The translations under genes were made by a program, and so were the position numbers. From assembly GCA_001938485.1 (NCBI GenBank), contig MQRK01233198.1, positions 26,139 through 77,612 of the forward strand: DNA of 51,474 nucleotides. Reading direction: 5' to 3'. Below the pieces are notes generated by a model, which saw nothing but the letters and a program-made list of their open reading frames with translations, was not told the DNA's origin and ran no database searches. Origin of the DNA: Girardia tigrina (taxonomy: Eukaryota). Below are positions 12,211 through 25,965 of the stretch, piece after piece (positions within the stretch are counted from its first letter, which is position 1; each line of letters opens with the position of its first letter).

Positions 12211-13485
12211 CGGTTTCTGATTCTCTGCCCAAATTTAAATTCATAAAAATATTTGCATAAATAGAGAATAAATAGTAAATTTGCATAAATAGTAAAGCGC
12301 AACGACTTACCACAAGGACGCACTTAAACAAAATTTTATTCCATAATAAAGCGATAAAATTTTTAGCTTATAAAATGCGCACTTAGTTTTATTTATCGGT
12401 CCAATAAAATGAATGTTAAAACATGATGGATTTCGATAAAACATCGTAATGATGACACTAAAATACCGTGTTTCTATTTTATTAACCTTTTTCTCATCAA
12501 CAAATTCTGTCTTTTTACACTTTTGCACCTATCAAGTTTTATAAATTTTAATTTTCATGAAAATGACTTTTTAATCGCTTGTGCGACTTCTCCGATGCAT
12601 GTACAAGTTGATATTATGAACGCCATTGAAATTCATCCACGGACTAATTTAATTTATAAAAATAAATAATTCATTATTATTTATTATTATTATTTGAAAT
12701 TTTATTGGTCGAGCAATGAGTTTTTATTTCATAACTTACGGTAATTCGAGTTTCAGATCAATTAGATTTAATTCAAATCTAATCTATTAATATTTTTCAG
12801 TTTTATACGTTAATAATAATAATTATTATTATGAGGTACAAATTAATAATTAAACTAATAAAAGTACATGAATTAAAAAAACAATTAACTGAATGGTTTT
12901 TTAAGACGGTTTGAAAATTTTTCTAATTACTAAATTAAAAAAATAATTGAAAACATCTCAGATAAAATTAATATTATAATTAAAAACCAGTACCAAAAAA
13001 AAGAGTAAAGTATTCCTGAGAATCAGTAGTGAACAAACATAAAAGAAAGTAGATAAGAGGAAAAGAAAACTATCTCAAACAGTCTAGCGTTATCTTTCGT
13101 CTGATTAGTACTAGATAAAAATGTAGCAGTCACGAATTTGCAACAATATTATTTTGAATTCATGGGCAAAGATTATGTGGGAGGAACCTCCAAACAGGCT
13201 TTGAATATCGGCATAGATTCTTGATTTTTTATCTACTTTCCTTCACAAATTGAAGGTTATGAACGTCAATAAAATACAATAATTATGCGATTGTGTAAAA
13301 GAACATCCAAATTATTTATTAATGATTTTCCTTTATCTACATTTATATATAATATATTATTCAATAATATATAACAATTATAAAATACAAATAATTTCCC
13401 ATACGAAATAATACAAGTAAAGAAATAAAAATAAAAGATTATGATGATTATAAAATATTATATGACAAACTTTAATTTAAAAAAT

Positions 13486-13530
<45 letters not shown>

Positions 13531-14374
13531 TTGAGTCTCCATTTTTTTCATATTTTTCTTTGTCTTTTGTTGGTAACATCCAATAAAATTCTGAAAATAA
13601 AGCAATTAATCAAAAATTTATATAAATATTGTGTGATAGAAAAATATTAATTAATCTCATTTATTCTCCGCTATTTTCATGTGCAAACGGTTTCAAAACT
13701 ATCGACTACGTGATTGATATATTTTAATCATTAATTCATGGTCACTCTTTGAACGCGGCACTTTCTTATTGTTATGAAAAGTCGTTTTTTTTTCTTGGTG
13801 CTTTTTTTGTCTAAGATCAAATATATTGTTTTCTATATTTTTAACAAAAAGAAATATTTAGTTAATCATTTTATAATTTTCAATAATTTAACAAAAATTA
13901 AAATGGTTATTTTTTTGAAAAAAATAATTCATAAAGAGATAAAATATGACAATACAAATGAATTGTCTTGCAAGTATGAGATAAGAAATGAAAGAGAACA
14001 CAAGGGCAATAATGACGGGCATTGTATTTCGTTTCTTTATTTCAATAATTTGAATTACTTTTTCTAATAAAAAAGGAAAATGGTTTGTTTTTAATTTTGT
14101 AGAATGATGATTAAATGGAAAAATAATCAATTCGAAATAACATTTTATTTAAATGAAAATGAAATGTAAATTGATTATTATATCTGATAAATTTAAAAAA
14201 TAATGGTAAATGTTTTTTTTTAAAAATTAAAATACGCCATTTTAAAATACAATTTTTTATTAGAGCAATATATTTCGACGAAATATCTGTCATCATCAGG
14301 CGATTCTAATTATAGCAGTTAAGTTTATATATGTTAAAATAATGATAAGTTGATGAGGTACTTGATTGGACATT

Positions 14375-14650
14375 AAATTCAGAATATGTTCAGTAATAAA
14401 TTGAAACTTCTTTGAGTTTATGCTCTGATCTTGTGTAAAAATTTGAGTGTAATGGGTGCAACGCCACATACATTGAAGAGACAGTCCGTCATTTCTGTAA
14501 ATGTGTTCGTGAGCATGGATATCTAAGTAGTTATAATATTGCTGAACATAAAAAACATTGTAAATCGTCTGTTGAAATAAATAATTTGAAAGTTTTATGC
14601 AGCAATTTTAAAAATTATTGATAAGAGTCTTGTATAAGGCATTGATAATT
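14375..14650 (+). mobile_element. Decayed Penelope-like GIY-YIG fragment
   Basis: Nucleotide similarity to 25602-25850 (tttgagtttatg...gtgtaatgggtgcaacgccacatacattg). Translates as V*KFECNGCNATYIEETVRHFCKCVREHG. Confidence 0.85.
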
Positions 14651-15779
14651 ATATGACTATTTTTTATTTTTTAACTTCAAAATTTAATTAAAATACAAAT
14701 TCGAAATTCTATGATATACATAGCGGTAATTATTTTCAAATTTAAACATGTTTTCTTTGATTTACTTTAATTTTTTGAAAATGATTTAATTTTAATTTTT
14801 TTAAAAATGACCTTTCATCAAACAATAAAGGCCCTTTTTCATTAAATTTATTTTCAAAATTAACCGGTTTCACCATTACAGTATTTGTAGTGTAATCCAA
14901 TAAAGTTGATAATAACTATTAATTTAGTTGATAAAATTTACATCATACATCTCAAGAACATACTTTTGAAATATTTTAATGTGATTTGAAGTACGTTTAA
15001 CCATGGTTTATGATGCTTTATTGAAAGTGTCTAATTTAATTAGCCTTGTAAATTCATCCCCATACTTTAATTGCTGAACACATTCAGTCGAGTAGAAAAG
15101 TTCTATTTTGTCAAATACCAAAAAATATTTTAAGGTGGTTATTAATAATAGTTATAAAAGTTATTTTAAATAATTTCGATTCAAATTCTAAAAGAATAAT
15201 TGTGCAAGCTGATTCTTCCAATCACATTAAAATATTAAAAAGCATGTTTTTTGAGCAATATGATGTAATAATTTTTCAACTAAATAAATAACAATTAATC
15301 ACTTTATTTTATTACACTGAGGATACCGTAATGATAAATCTGGTTTAGGTTTTTTAATAAAAAATAACGAAAAATACATTTTGATTTTAGTTTATTTAAA
15401 AAATCAAAGTAAATCATTATTTAAATTCTTTTTGGTGAGCAATACTCAATTTTAAAATGATATTAACTTTTCAATTAAACAAAATTATTTTAATTGATTT
15501 AAATCAAATCCATTATTTCATAATAAATTATTTTTTTGTTTTCAGTTTATTTTGTAAAAAAAATACTAATTGAAAATTTTGATGATGTGTAAAAATAACG
15601 TATTTCAATTCCTTTTTTATGTTATTATTTTTAGTAATATTATATTTCCAAAATGAATAAAACAAGTTACCATAAATTTTTCCTGCCAACTGAAAAGAAG
15701 GACAAAATTTATATTGTTAAAAAATACTAACTGTCTATTGTTTTTTTTATTATTTTATATACGGTAATCGTTTTTACTC

Positions 15780-16560
15780 TGCTCTATGTGGTGTCAACAA
15801 AGCCAGATTAACTCAAGTGGCGATGTCACAGTTACTATCTCGATAAATTCTGCATTCATCACCCCCAGAGACAGCTGACGGGCTATGACACTTTCTAATT
15901 GTGTTCTTAATACAATCTATAGAGGTGATTTTATATACTTTCTGTTTTGCGTACGTGTGTCTCTTTCTAAAATGCGCGTGTGAAAGACCGTGCGTGTGTG
16001 TGTGAGTGTGCACGGGTGTGCGTGGTACTTGTCTGTTTTCCTTCAGCTCTCTATTGAAATCTAGTTTTACTTTCTTTTCACACCTAACTGAACAATAGAT
16101 AGAAAGTGTTAGCTTTCACACTATGATGATACTCTCTATTGATTATAGAATGAAATTGTCACAGTACTGGTTCAAGGTTAACTGATTATTCTATTATCTG
16201 ACATTATATATCTCTCTCTCATTCTCTATTTCACTCTCTAGCAGCTACAGACTTTTTTTTCAAATTTATTTTAACAATACCATTATATTCCATTTTCAAT
16301 TTTTCTTTTTCTCTTGATAATGATAAAGCACAAATAAAAACGTGTTAAGCACACACAAAAATTTTTTTAGTCTTAAAAGCGAGAACTTTTTTTCATTGGC
16401 TTGTTTTAATTTTTGACACGTTCAATTAAAACAACAGCAACCAAACAACTAAACAAAAAAAATTTAAACCAAAAATTCGATAGTGAAATTTACTCTATAT
16501 TGTAAAAGTATGGTTGTCTGAAATTGGTGTGAAAAATTAATCACACATCTATTGTTGCAA
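15780..16560. promoter_or_regulatory. Putative upstream cis-regulatory module
   Basis: GC-richer non-coding island with TGTCA/TGACA at 15792, 15824, 15886, 16157, 16199 and 16414, a T-box half-site TCACACCT at 16078-16085, GGTGTGAA near 16526, and a (GT)n-like tract. Confidence 0.45.
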
Positions 16561-17149
16561 GTGGCGGAACTGCAATGAGAAGATAATTTCTTTGTTTTGC
16601 CAGAGATTATTGAAAGTCTTATACGCGTATTGATTTTTCGTTATTATTATTATTTTTGTAATTTTTTTCCTTTTATTCTTTTCTATTGCATAACTAATTA
16701 ATTATAGTATAAAACAAATTATCGTTTTTTAAAGAAATGATTAATGGCTGACTTTAGTGCATAGTTCAATTAAAACGAAAAAAAATTTCTTTACTTTTTA
16801 CTATTACTATTATTAATAATAAAAAGAATTTTTATTATCATAAAATAATATTTAACTAATTAAATAAATTTTTAATACAGAATTCATTTTGTGTGGAGAA
16901 TTTTATTTAATTGTGTTTGTTTTAATAGAATGTTTAAAAAAATAAAATGGCTTTTAAAACAATAAAAAATTATATTTTGTTTGAAGTGTTAAGCAATAAT
17001 TATAATTTTATCTATACTAACATTATTATTAATAATACTAGTACTACCATCAGTATTGATATATGTACAGGCGGTACTTGATGCTTATTTGAATGATCTA
17101 TATACACACAATTTTGTTTTGTTTTTTAAAAACCGATATCAATCTCCAT

Positions 17150-17500
17150 TTATATATAAATTGATGACTTGAAGCACCACATAAAAGAACGGTAAAAGCC
17201 TAAAAATCAGCTAATCGTTATTGAATGACGTGTGATAGCTGTCATTGCCACTTTTTTTCTCTCACGCTGCGTTCCGGTAGACTTGATGTTGTGACATAGC
17301 CAGTGTGCCAAATCAAATAAACCAGCTCTTTTCAAAAATATTTTTGAATAAAATAGTCACCCGGCTGCTGAAAATCTCTCATTTAATCTTGTTTATACAC
17401 ATTGACCGATTGGTGTTTGTATGTGTGCTGTAAAAGTTGTCACAAAATCGTCGAGAAAACTAAAACAAATTGGGCTGAAGTGTGGCTTTGTTTTAATAAG
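17150..17500 (+). promoter_or_regulatory. Putative proximal promoter region of the ZnF-PPC gene
   Basis: TATATATAAA at 17151-17160, followed by a GC-richer island with CTGTCA (17239), TGTGACA (17290) and TGTCACA (17438), 400-750 bp upstream of the first coding exon. Confidence 0.35.
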
Positions 17501-17902
17501 GACGATTGTAGAAGAAACTATTTAAACATCACTAGTTCACGAATAGAACAGAAAGTTTGAGCTTCGGTTCAATGAAACTCTTTGACGGGACAAAAATATT
17601 AACTTTATTCGAATTACAGCTGAAAAATAAGTGATGGTATTTTTTGATGAAAATGAAAGACAGTTCTTCAAATTCAAGATCAATAAATATTAAAAGAAGT
17701 TTTTTAAGTGAAATGTGTCGATTGCGCAACCACTGACTGCGTAATGTATAAAGGACCATATTTTTCAAAACTATTAATTGTTCCTTTGATGACTTTAAAT
17801 TGTCAAAATTAATTAACAACACAAAATATTTTAATGACATGCTATAAAACATTTATTTATTTGTATCAGATATATATATTTATTAATTATTTTAATAATT
17901 AG

Positions 17903-18132
17903 ATGAAAATCAACTACAAAACAAGTCAGAAAATCGATTCACTAAAATCTTTTTCCAACATCAAATCTTCAAATGATGAAAAATCAGTAATTAATCCGAA
18001 ATCTAAACTCAAGTCAACGACAATTTCTGATAACAATAAACCATTTAATACGTGGTCGAATTCGAATTTCAACAATCGAATATTAGCATCATCCAACAAA
18101 TCCTTTCATGATTCACTTTACAACCTTAACGG
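17903..18132 (+). CDS. ZnF-PPC gene, coding exon 1 (Ser/Asn/Lys-rich)
   Basis: ATG directly follows an AG. The frame is open to GG|GTATAC (phase 2), which matches the 1-nt overhang of the next exon (GG+A = Gly). An upstream exon may exist. Confidence 0.6.
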
Positions 18133-18399
18133 GTATACATATTTTATAATATATATTATTATTATTATTAATATTGGGACAAATAAAAATGGTACTTAAA
18201 TTAGTACAAAATTAATTTTGTATTTCATGAGAAATTTATGGTAAATTATAAAATCATGGAAAAAAAATCTTTTTTGTCGTTTGATTGATAGATATTTTAT
18301 TGATAATAATAATAATAAAAATGGATAATAAATAAGATAAAAGTAAAACTAATTCACAATGGATAATTTCACAATAACTCGAACGGATTTGATATTTTG

Positions 18400-18604
18400 A
18401 ATGGCTTCTGACAAATGAGGCGAATCGTGTTGATATTTTCACGTACTGTGACAGACACCGTGTTAGAACAGTCGCAGAACCTTTCTAATAATACAAACAC
18501 ACACATACAAACACACTCAGTGACAGTTAAGGCCTTACAGTGATGCGTCGTAGAATTCGATTTATAAAACAAAATAAAAAAAAGATTGCAGTATTCAATC
18601 CTTG

Positions 18605-18648
<44 letters not shown>

Positions 18649-19080
18649 TCACCACATATTTCCACACTAGTTAGTAATTATAAGTGCGCGATCAATAAAG
18701 TTTCCATGTCTCCTGCGTCAATATTTATCGGATAGATATACATATATGCCTCAGTAATAGCAGCCTGTATGTCTGTGTGATATATTCTTGTGTCTGTGTG
18801 TATGCTGAAAAGTAAGGGCAGATCGTCTACTGACTGTAGACTGACTGGCGTCGCTTTGCTTATTGTATGTGTGTGTGTCGGTTTGCGTGCTACTGGTAGA
18901 AATTGAACGGTAACTGCTTTTCTAACTGACGGAGCATTATACTATTGCTTTGTATTTTTATTCTTTTATTTCTGTTCGTTGTCGATATGCCGACGAGGTG
19001 TGTTTTAATTAAATAATAAATTAAAAGAACGTCCAATAATCTTGTGGAAATATTACAAATATATTCATTGTGACAGATTT
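18400..19080. promoter_or_regulatory. Putative intronic enhancer (intron 1)
   Basis: GC-richer non-coding island with TGACAG at 18449, 18521 and 19071, TGACA at 18409, and CA/GT tracts. Confidence 0.4.
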
Positions 19081-19574
19081 TTGCCTGGGAAAAACAATTA
19101 TTAGTTATATTATTTTTATTTATTTTTTGTCAAAAAAAATAAATAAATAAAACTACGAGAGATATTAAAAATCATAAAATTTAAAAATAGGAACTGTTAG
19201 GTTTTGGTGTTTTTTTTGTTGGATTATAAATTAGTTTTTATTTTCGATTTTATTAATCAGTTACTGGTTTTAATGGATAATTTCAAATTAGATTTGATGA
19301 ATTTATTTTTATATTTATATATATATATATATATATATATTTTTAAGGGATGTGTGATGGGGTTTATTTTTGTGGGGAAATTCATTAGATTTTTTTAATA
19401 GAGATTTTTTTATTTAATTATTAGTGATTAGTTTTAATATTGATTAATTTATATTATAAAATGCCGAATATTTTTTATATAATTTTTATTAATGACAAAT
19501 TGTTTTGATCAAAATAATGTCTTTCAAGCAAGTAAATTTATTAGTTATTACAAAAGGTGATTACATAATCATCG

Positions 19575-19616
<42 letters not shown>

Positions 19617-20713
19617 ACTAAAATTATTGTTAATGAAGCTTGAAGATGTTGCAAAATATACGACATATATTGCTAAAATAAATTTAACTTGTTTGAATGG
19701 TGTTAATAATTTTTATTAAATCTATTATTTTCTATTTTTATTAACGTTTTAAAATGATGCATATAATATGACATTTTATAAAAATTTAATTTAAAATTTG
19801 GTGCAGATTCTCACTTTCAAAGTACTATACGGTGTACGGCGTCAATCGTTCTTATACCTTGAATTGATATTATATATTATATGCAACGGTTTAGTTAACA
19901 TTTCATATATTTATATAAAGGTACAAATATTACAATTTGAATACCCTTTAAAATAATATTAATATAAATAAATATTTTTTAAGTAACAATATTAACTATT
20001 TTTAGATATTTTAAATACATAAATTTAATAGGAAGAAATAAAAATTTTTTTAAAAAAATATCCAATAAATGTTTGAATGGGAAATTGATCTACAAAAGAT
20101 AGGAATGATTCTTGAAATATAAAACAACAATAAATGTTAAATAATTTTTGAATTTCTTAACTGATTATCAATATCTTTTGTATTATTAGATTTTTTGATA
20201 TTATATATCAATATAAATAATATTACAATATATATTCATAAAATTTGGATAATCGATTTATGTTAAATAAAAAGGAGTATAGTTAAAGACCGCTAATATA
20301 ATTATATGATCCGTACTTGTGTTCAATGGGATTTATTTTTTCTTTTATGATTATTATAAAATGATATTAATAAAATTTAATATCTAAATTTCATATTATT
20401 ATTAAAGTTTGTTAATTGTGCTTTTATTTTATAATAAAAATATTAAGTTAATTATTAATTAATTTTCTATTATTATTAAAAAATAATAATAATAATATTA
20501 ATTATTATTATTATTTTCATATTGATTTTCGGAAAAGAAAAAGCCATATCCGTTTTTATCTGATTTCGGTTTTTATAAAGATTATTAAAAGTATTGATTA
20601 CATTAAAAAGATAATTAATGGTGAATTTTCTCTCAACGAATTTTATTTATTAATAAGTTTTTAATATTAACGAAAAATGAAATAATAAAAATCTTTATTT
20701 AATAAGGATTTAA

Positions 20714-20766
<53 letters not shown>

Positions 20767-20816
20767 NNNNNNNNNNNNNNNNNNNNNNNNNNNNNNNNNN
20801 NNNNNNNNNNNNNNNN

Positions 20817-20847
<31 letters not shown>

Positions 20848-21386
20848 TATATATTTATATATTTCAGATTTTTGAAAATATTTCTTCTATAAATGTTAAA
20901 TTAAAATTTTATATTTATTAACCAGAAATACATCTGTAGTAGAGAAAAAAATAAATAAATGATTTAATAAAAACTTTAAGAATTTCTTTTCTTGTCATGG
21001 GGATTATATTTGATTGATTTTCATTTTGTTTAAAAAAATATTATCTCTTACTTATATTTTACTCAGTAAACACGAAAAATAGAACCATTAAATTTTTAAA
21101 ATAGATGATTTTTTAATTTGTTAAATCTAATATTTATAATTCAATAAAGGTTCTGTTTGATCATAATTTGATCTTAATTGTATTCATCATTTATTAAAAA
21201 TAAATTGACCAACTTAAGTAAAATAAACTAAATATTTATGTTGTGAGCCTTTGAATCTACCATTTTTGATTTAGTGAAACCCTTTATCTTTATTTGTTAA
21301 TTAATTTGCATTTCATGAAAAGTTTCCTAATATTCGATTAAAAATATATTTCGTAAAGAGTTAAAGTTGAAACACGTGTATTTTAG

Positions 21387-21690
21387 ATCGTCTTGCCTAA
21401 ATCTTATTCAATCAATGCCTATGATCAGTAAGTGCCCATTGTGCCTTGAAGATTGTTCTCAAAATGGAGTGGACAATAGCAACACTTTTAATCGTTTAAT
21501 GAATCACATGCAACAAAAGCATCCAGAAAAACTACACAACTCGAATACGTCTTTCGACCTCTTAGGTGGATCAACGACCAATGGTATAGTTCAATCCTTA
21601 CTGATGCCACCAACAACTAGTAATATCAACTATATGTCGGTTTCGAATGCCATTTCGAGTGCAAATATGATTTCATTTCTTTATTACCAA
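21387..21690 (+). CDS. ZnF-PPC gene, exon 2 (C-x2-C-x20-H-x4-H, BED/Di19-like finger)
   Basis: TATTTTAG| acceptor and CAA|GTAAGG donor (phase 0). Encodes KCPLCLEDCSQNGVDNSNTFNRLMNHMQQKHPE. Confidence 0.8.
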
Positions 21691-23610
21691 GTAAGGTGTT
21701 GTATAATATATTTTTACAATATTTATCATATTCATGTTATTTAAACTACATTAATGTCTCATTTAATTATTCATTTCGCGTAGATTTGAGTAGGAGTTTC
21801 ATATTTTTATCATGAATAAACCATTTTACTTATTTTGAACTCGCATAATCAGAAACTGTATAGCAAAGATGATGAACATATTTTTTTGTTAGAAAATTCT
21901 CTCATAATTTTATAACATGCATACATTAATAAACTTCGTTGGTAATCTTTATAGTAAAAAGAAGATTGAAGGTTTGTTAAATGTTAGGTCCTTATCAGAA
22001 CAAGTTTTGCAAGAGAGCCACTGCATCCAAGTGGACAAGAAACAAGCACCAACACGAATTCTCAAAAGCACAATCTTCTACCGAGCATCTTTATTACTTC
22101 GAGCAATAGAGATAGCGGTAAAGTGGGTGTGAAAATTCATTTGATGAGAATTTTAAGACGATATAAATACACTTTAAAAATAAATATTTTTCAAGCAAAT
22201 TCCCACGAATTTTGAAAATACCTAACTACGTATATATAATCAACTTTAAGAATCATTTACTAAGCTGATATTTCGAAGTTGTAATTAGTAAAAGTTTGAC
22301 TTTTAATTTACATTAGAATTTGTACTTTAAAAAAAGATATTTGGAAAATTTTATTATATATTATTTTTTTTAATATTATTTAGGGAAACATAAAAAAAAC
22401 GAATAATTCTTAAAATATCGAATTATCATTTTCTAGTCTCCTAATAAAAAAAGTTTTTTTTTATTTTTTTTTAATTTATAATATTTTACAGTTATCGTAT
22501 TGTCATTGTTGCAATATCTATAAACCTTTTTCTTCGAGACACGGTCTAATTTGCTTTTCAATGAACATTAGGTGACTGTCAATGTGTTCTGTCCCGGGTA
22601 AATCGACGCCAGAAACCCGTTGACAGTCGTGCTATTATTTGATCAAATTCCTAAGTAACATTTTATAATTAATTTCATAGACAATTTCTGCTGTTAAATT
22701 AAAAAATAAATTTGTCACAACAATTTATTATAAGTATTAAAAAGACAACAACAATATCTACAACAATTTTTTTCTAGTTATTTTATTAATATCTTATTAT
22801 TATTTAATATTTAATTTTGTATTGAAATTTCGAGAATTTCTGTTAATTATTCATTTTTTTTAAATTCCATTGTAAAGATAAAGTAAAAATGAATAAATAG
22901 AAATTTTAGCTGAAGTTAGAACTTAATTTGGTAGAATGTAACGTGAATTAACAATAAATGACTCAAAATTAATTATCGTATTGAAGATAAATTATTATAA
23001 TTGTGATGATAAAATCGGAATTTTATATTTAACTATTCCCCATTTTGAAGAGGATTCGGAAAAGTTGAATCATTCTAGTTTTTAAATATTATCAATATTT
23101 TAATGAAATAAGACTGAAAGAATGTCCAGTAATATATCTTCCAGATGTTGCTTGGGTTTTGACCAGTACCAAGACTTTAATGGGTACATTCTCGCCCAGA
23201 CTAATAAAAACTAGTTCAAATACTGAATATTTTTAGGGCTGCTAATTTCAATAAAAATGAATCTTACATGAATTAATATTCTCTTTTATGTTTCATGGGA
23301 CATTTAGATTCCAGGTTCCTTTGCAGGTATTATTATATTCACATGAATCTGGATATATAATTTCTGAAGAAAGTTTCTAACGCCTGAAAGAAAAAAGCTA
23401 TTTTTGACGTTAAACTTTGAACCAAAATTGCACATCATAAATAGGTAAAGATTTCTTATTTAGTGCCATATCACAAATATGTAAATGATTCACATCCAGG
23501 AGCGTTAAAAAGCTTTTAATTCCTTTGATGATATTTTATTTATCATTTAATTATATTTTATGATTTGCGACATTTTTAATTTTATTAATTTTTTATAATG
23601 ATATTTTTAG

Positions 23611-24018
23611 GATCTAATGCGTCAAACAATTTCTACTAATCGATCTTCTAATTCCCAATTTAGTTCAATATCCTCTGACCCTATGTTTTTACAGTCACCC
23701 TCTGCCTTAGCCACATCTTCTATTTACCCAATACTTTCTCCTCCGTCACCACAATATTCTTTGAGACCATCAAGTTCCAGTATTTCCGCGTTCAATTTGA
23801 ATTCAACAAATGATAACGTTATTCCAAACCCATTAACTATGAAAGAAACTAATCATATTTTTAATAAAATTTCCCCATTGAAAAGAACAAAATTTTCCGC
23901 CGAATCATTTATTTCAGATTCTTGTTCCCAATCAGCCTTTTATTCTCCAAAATGTTGCAAAATTGATTCTAAAGAAGCCGATGTACTAAAGTCAATCAAA
24001 AACAATTTATCTCATCAA
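23611..24018 (+). CDS. ZnF-PPC gene, exon 3 (Ser/Pro-rich; PLKRTK basic patch; FSAESFI eh1-like)
   Basis: ATATTTTTAG| acceptor and CAA|GTAAAA donor. 408 nt open, phase 0-0. Confidence 0.8.
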
Positions 24019-24793
24019 GTAAAAAAATTATTTATTTATTTAATTTAGTCCCTGTTTTAATTAAATGATGCATAATTTTGATATAAAGATTTTTTTATTG
24101 CACATAAAACCGGGTTTTAAGTTTTGATTTCATAACCATATGCGATTTTTGAATGAGCAACCTAAAATGTATAATCGAATCCATAATAAATAATTATGGG
24201 TGGTCAGTTTAGAAACCTTTACTATGTTCAATTTTTCATTACTGATCAACCACCGAACAAACTACCGAAGATCAAAAGTCACAAATTATTGATTAAATTT
24301 TATTGGATTAAAAATATAGAAAATTATAATAAACTGATAAATTTTGATTAAAATATTTATTTTTCAATTATTCTGAATGTTAAAATGAAAAGAAATTTTA
24401 GCCTTAAAAATTATTATCAATCTTTTGAAAAGGATTTTGAAAAATGATTATTTTTAAAAAATGTTTTTTATGAAGATTAGTTTATGAAATTCTTCAGATA
24501 ACCTTTGAAATGAAAGATAACAATCAAAGACCTTTGCTGCTTTAATAGTTTAGTGAAACGTTGAGAACATATTCAATCAACACAACTTGATTCATATTAC
24601 ATTATATGTAAAATGAATACATATATTATATATGTTAATATATCCTTTTTATATATTTTTTGTTTCAATTTCAACGGAATTTGTGAAGGAAAAAAATTGT
24701 ATTTTTCAAAAATATCTTACTCTATATATACATGAATGATCACGTAGTTATCAAATTATACAGTTATTCAAAAACCTTTCAAATTGTAAAATA

Positions 24794-24836
<43 letters not shown>

Positions 24837-24899
24837 TAATAAGAAATTTAAAAAATAATGGCAATGTTTTATAATCAAAAACGCCTTTAAAATCAAATT

Positions 24900-24958
24900 T
24901 TATTGTCGCAATATATTTCGGTGGATTTTCCACCATCTTCAGGCTGAATTAACAACAA
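24900..24958 (-). ncRNA. Minimal type-I hammerhead ribozyme motif (Penelope pLTR)
   Basis: Exact reverse complement of 25966-26024. Confidence 0.75.
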
Positions 24959-25965
24959 TTTCGTTGTCTTATATATAGCAACTTGACGATTATGTAAACC
25001 TCTTGCGTAATAATTAATTAAATATTTTCAACGAATTGGAAGAGATACTTGTTTGGACATTAATGAACGGATTAAGTGATTTAATCAAAAATGTCTCACA
25101 CATAACTCTATCCAAATAATTTTTAAAATTACCGCACAATCTTTTAAAATTAGTTGTTTTCACCTTCGATTTACAACCCTTCATATGTCCAGTAATATTA
25201 CTCCCATTATCCAATCGTCCATGCACCTGACTCCGTTTACAGAGATGACGAGACGTCTCTCCAATGTATGTAGCGTTGCACCCATTACACGAAAATTCAT
25301 AAACCAGATTTCAACATAAACTCAAAGGAGTACGAGATTTATTGCTGAACTTTGAATTTTGTAAGATTTAGAAATGATTTTTAAATTCAAATTTTTACTA
25401 TCGATTGATTTTAAAATAGACGATTTAAATTTTTTGCAACCTTCTGAATAAGGAACGATTAGCGTATATCCAATATTTGAATTTTCATTAGATAATTTAT
25501 CGGGTTTTAATTCGTCTTTACCCTCATGTTTTTTATTCATTAATATATCTATCGTCTCATTAGTTAGTTTCTCTAAAAATTATTTCGAATAGCCATTTTT
25601 TAGTTTATGTTCCAATCTGGTTTATCAATTTTCGTGTAATGGATGCAACGCTACATATATTGGAAAGACGTCTCGTCATCTCTGTAAACGGAGTCAGGAG
25701 CATGGACGATTGGGTAATGGGAGTAATATTACTGGACATATGAAGGGTTGTAAATCGAAGGTGAAAACAACTAATTTTAAAATATTGTGCAGTAATTTTA
25801 AAAATTATTGGGAAAGAGTTACTTGTGAAGCATTATTGATTAAATCACTTAATCCGTCCATTAATGTCCAAACAAGTCTCTCTTCAAATTTGTTGAAAAT
25901 ATTCAATTAGTTATTATGCAAGATGTTTGCATAATCGTCAAGTTGCTATATATAAGACAACGTAA

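Noticed and set aside
13441-14296. Short ORFs rich in F/I/K/Y, including (TA)n-derived YIYI runs
   Set aside because: Expected by chance in AT-rich DNA; no motifs or coherent splice structure.
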